This document shows positions 62,094 through 64,000 of a DNA stretch of 64,000 bases, in pieces. The DNA lies in the NCBI GenBank assembly GCA_964605145.1, contig CAZSBG010000006.1, forward strand, positions 28,788 to 92,787. The letters run 5' to 3'. The translations under genes were made by a program, and so were the position numbers. This DNA comes from an uncultured Cytophagia bacterium. GTDB lineage: Bacteria; Zhuqueibacterota; Zhuqueibacteria; Thermofontimicrobiales; Thermofontimicrobiaceae. The first letter of the stretch is position 1; each line of letters begins with the position of its first letter. Under the pieces are notes generated by a model that was not told the DNA's origin, did not search any database, and worked only from the letters and a program-made list of their open reading frames with translations.

Positions 62094-64000
62094 ATGATTT
62101 TGGAAGACATAAAAAGTATCATATTAGAATCTCCCGGTTTAAAAAAAGTATTTGCTCAAGTTAAAACTGAATATCAAATTCAAATAAAAGGGCTTGCAGG
62201 GTCTCTCAAAGCCCTTTTTTTAGTTTTGCTGCATGAGAAAATCAAGAGACCTGTGATTTATATTTCAAGTGACAGTGAGCAAGAGGAAATTGTACGGGAT
62301 GATCTTGAAGTGATGATGGAAAATAACGGCGTGATTTATGTACCAAAAATGTCCGATGCCTCATTTCGAGGTTTGGATTTGGATGCTGCCAAGAAAGGAC
62401 AGTTATTATCATCACTTGAGCAATTGGTAGAAGGCATACCCAATATTGTCATTATTCCATCTAAAAATTTATATCACAAAATTCCATCTGCAAAGTGGAT
62501 TAAACAGCAAAGCCTTAAATTTGAGATCGGGAAAGAATATCATTTTGATGAGATAAAAGAGAATTTAGTTGATATGGGATTTAATCGCGAATCTATTGTT
62601 GAGGAGTGGGGAGAGATGAGTATCCGTGGCGGGATTATTGATGTTTATCCTTTTTCCAGCGATTATCCCTATCGCATTGAATTTTTTGGCAATATTATTG
62701 AATCGATACGTGTTTTTGATCCAAAAAATCAGCTTTCTATTGACAGAGTAGGTGAACTCACTATTTATCCACAAATATCTGACGAACAGAATAATTTTAA
62801 TGAAATACCATTCGAATCGCTGCTTAATTTTTTTCAACATGACAGCATCATATTTTTTGACGAACCAGAGTTGATTAAAAAAGAATATGAGGAGTATTAC
62901 AATTTCCTTCACAAACAGGAATTTCTAAATGATGATTCTGAATCAGAAATTGATGAATCAGAAAGATTGGTTCTTTGGGAAGATTTATTGAATAAAACAG
63001 AAAAATTTCAAACCATTTCACACAATAGTTTCTCTGGTTCGAAGAATGAAAAGCAGATCGATTTTTCATCACAACCCCAGGAATCACTTAAAGGAAATAT
63101 CAAATTACTTAAAAAGAAAATCGATTTATTCATCCGTTCGAAAGGGGAATCAGACCAAAAAATATTTTTTCTCTGTGGGAGTTCAGACCAGGTAGAGCGA
63201 ATAACAGACATTTTTGAAGAAGAAAAAATCGATCTTAATAGTTTAATTATTAAAGATTTGGCTCTTAATCAAGGATTTGTTTTTTCTGATGTTGGATTGG
63301 CTATTTTTACAGATAATCAATTTTATGGCCGTTCAATGAGATGGCGCAAAAGAAAAAAACTTCCTAAGGGATTGACAATAAATGAATTAAGCTCGCTAAA
63401 AAGTGGGGACTTTGTCGTTCATGTCGATCATGGAATTGGTCAATATCAGGGCTTGAAAAAAATTACTGTTCAGAAAAATGAGAGGGAATGCTTCAGTGTT
63501 AGTTATAGAGATGGTGATATGTTATATGTACCGTTGGAAAGAATGAATCGTATACAAAAATATTCAGCCAAAGAAGGTATGGTTCCTTCTCTTTCAAAAC
63601 TTGGAAGCAAGGAATGGGATAAGCTAAAAAAGAGGACAAAAAAGCATATTAAGGAGATTGCAAACGATTTAATAGCCCTTTACGCTAATCGAAAAGCGCA
63701 ATATGGATTCACATTTTCAAAAGATACTTTATGGCAAAAAGAATTAGAAGCATCATTTGAGTTTGAAGACACACCTGACCAGAAAAAAGCAACCGAAGAA
63801 ATAAAAGTTGATATGGAAAGTCGCTCTCCGATGGATCGACTGGTGTGCGGGGATGTTGGTTATGGAAAAACTGAAGTCGCGCTGCGAGCCGCATTCAAAG
63901 CAGTTGAAAATGGAAAGCAGGTTGCAGTGTTGGTGCCCACAACGATTCTTGCCCTACAGCATTACTCTTCATTTAAATCGAGACTGAAAAACTACCCGAT
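62094..64000 (+). CDS. mfd: Transcription-repair coupling factor Mfd, N-terminal ~635 aa; the gene continues beyond the window
   Basis: UvrB-homology N-terminal domain, RNAP-interacting region (GDFVVHVDHGIGQYQGL), start of helicase Walker A (GDVGYGKTEVALRAAF). Absent from the ORF track because there is no stop codon in the window. Confidence 0.85.
   Translation, partial: MILEDIKSIILESPGLKKVFAQVKTEYQIQIKGLAGSLKALFLVLLHEKIKRPVIYISSDSEQEEIVRDDLEVMMENNGVIYVPKMSDASFRGLDLDAAKKGQLLSSLEQLVEGIPNIVIIPSKNLYHKIPSAKWIKQQSLKFEIGKEYHFDEIKENLVDMGFNRESIVEEWGEMSIRGGIIDVYPFSSDYPYRIEFFGNIIESIRVFDPKNQLSIDRVGELTIYPQISDEQNNFNEIPFESLLNFFQHDSIIFFDEPELIKKEYEEYYNFLHKQEFLNDDSESEIDESERLVLWEDLLNKTEKFQTISHNSFSGSKNEKQIDFSSQPQESLKGNIKLLKKKIDLFIRSKGESDQKIFFLCGSSDQVERITDIFEEEKIDLNSLIIKDLALNQGFVFSDVGLAIFTDNQFYGRSMRWRKRKKLPKGLTINELSSLKSGDFVVHVDHGIGQYQGLKKITVQKNERECFSVSYRDGDMLYVPLERMNRIQKYSAKEGMVPSLSKLGSKEWDKLKKRTKKHIKEIANDLIALYANRKAQYGFTFSKDTLWQKELEASFEFEDTPDQKKATEEIKVDMESRSPMDRLVCGDVGYGKTEVALRAAFKAVENGKQVAVLVPTTILALQHYSSFKSRLKNYP

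Overview
This 64-kb window is a bacterial chromosomal segment spanning the replication-origin neighbourhood. The core gene order is rpmH-rnpA-yidD-yidC-mnmE-mnmG-rsmG-murQ-mfd on the + strand and dnaA-dnaN-recF-DUF721-gyrB-gyrA on the - strand. DnaA boxes (TTATTCACA) cluster between dnaA and dnaN. Left of this core are housekeeping genes, mostly on the - strand: hrcA-grpE-dnaJ, ftsEX, pdxA, anmK, bioY, coaD, rsmD, metH, thiI, an M28 peptidase, and a partial pyruvate:ferredoxin oxidoreductase. A 52-aa rubredoxin gene absent from the ORF track sits immediately downstream of metH. The low GC content, a type-A T9SS C-terminal sorting domain, and the PFOR/rubredoxin pair suggest an anaerobic member of the Fibrobacteres-Chlorobi-Bacteroidetes group, but I cannot name the organism. 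The most unusual part is a tightly packed - strand locus (about 8.8-25.8 kb). It encodes a small secreted paralogue of the N-terminal domain of an ~2,700-aa T9SS-CTD surface protein, followed by that giant protein, which carries tandem Ig-like repeats. Next comes a FadL/PorV-like outer-membrane beta-barrel fused to a long TPR/coiled-coil tail. After that is a 1,297-aa transmembrane protein that fuses an RsbW-like kinase, a periplasmic sensor, HAMP, a SpoIIE/PP2C phosphatase, a ~370-aa polyacidic disordered region and TPRs. A STAS-domain protein with an extra C-terminal domain follows, and the locus ends at an intrinsic terminator. I read this as a candidate, previously undescribed partner-switching signalling module coupled to a dedicated T9SS cargo and shuttle. 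Separately, I found two diverged copies of a 162-bp MITE-like element with ~13-bp terminal inverted repeats and 4-bp YTAR-type target duplications. One copy lies immediately upstream of the giant surface-protein gene and the other upstream of the M28 peptidase gene. Other observations are a pilin/PilM-like/PilN-O-like cluster beside comEA, a 25-nt palindromic motif repeated exactly at the stop codons of mnmE and mnmG, and a G10 tract inside the peptidase gene. No rRNA, tRNA, CRISPR or autonomous transposase genes were seen.
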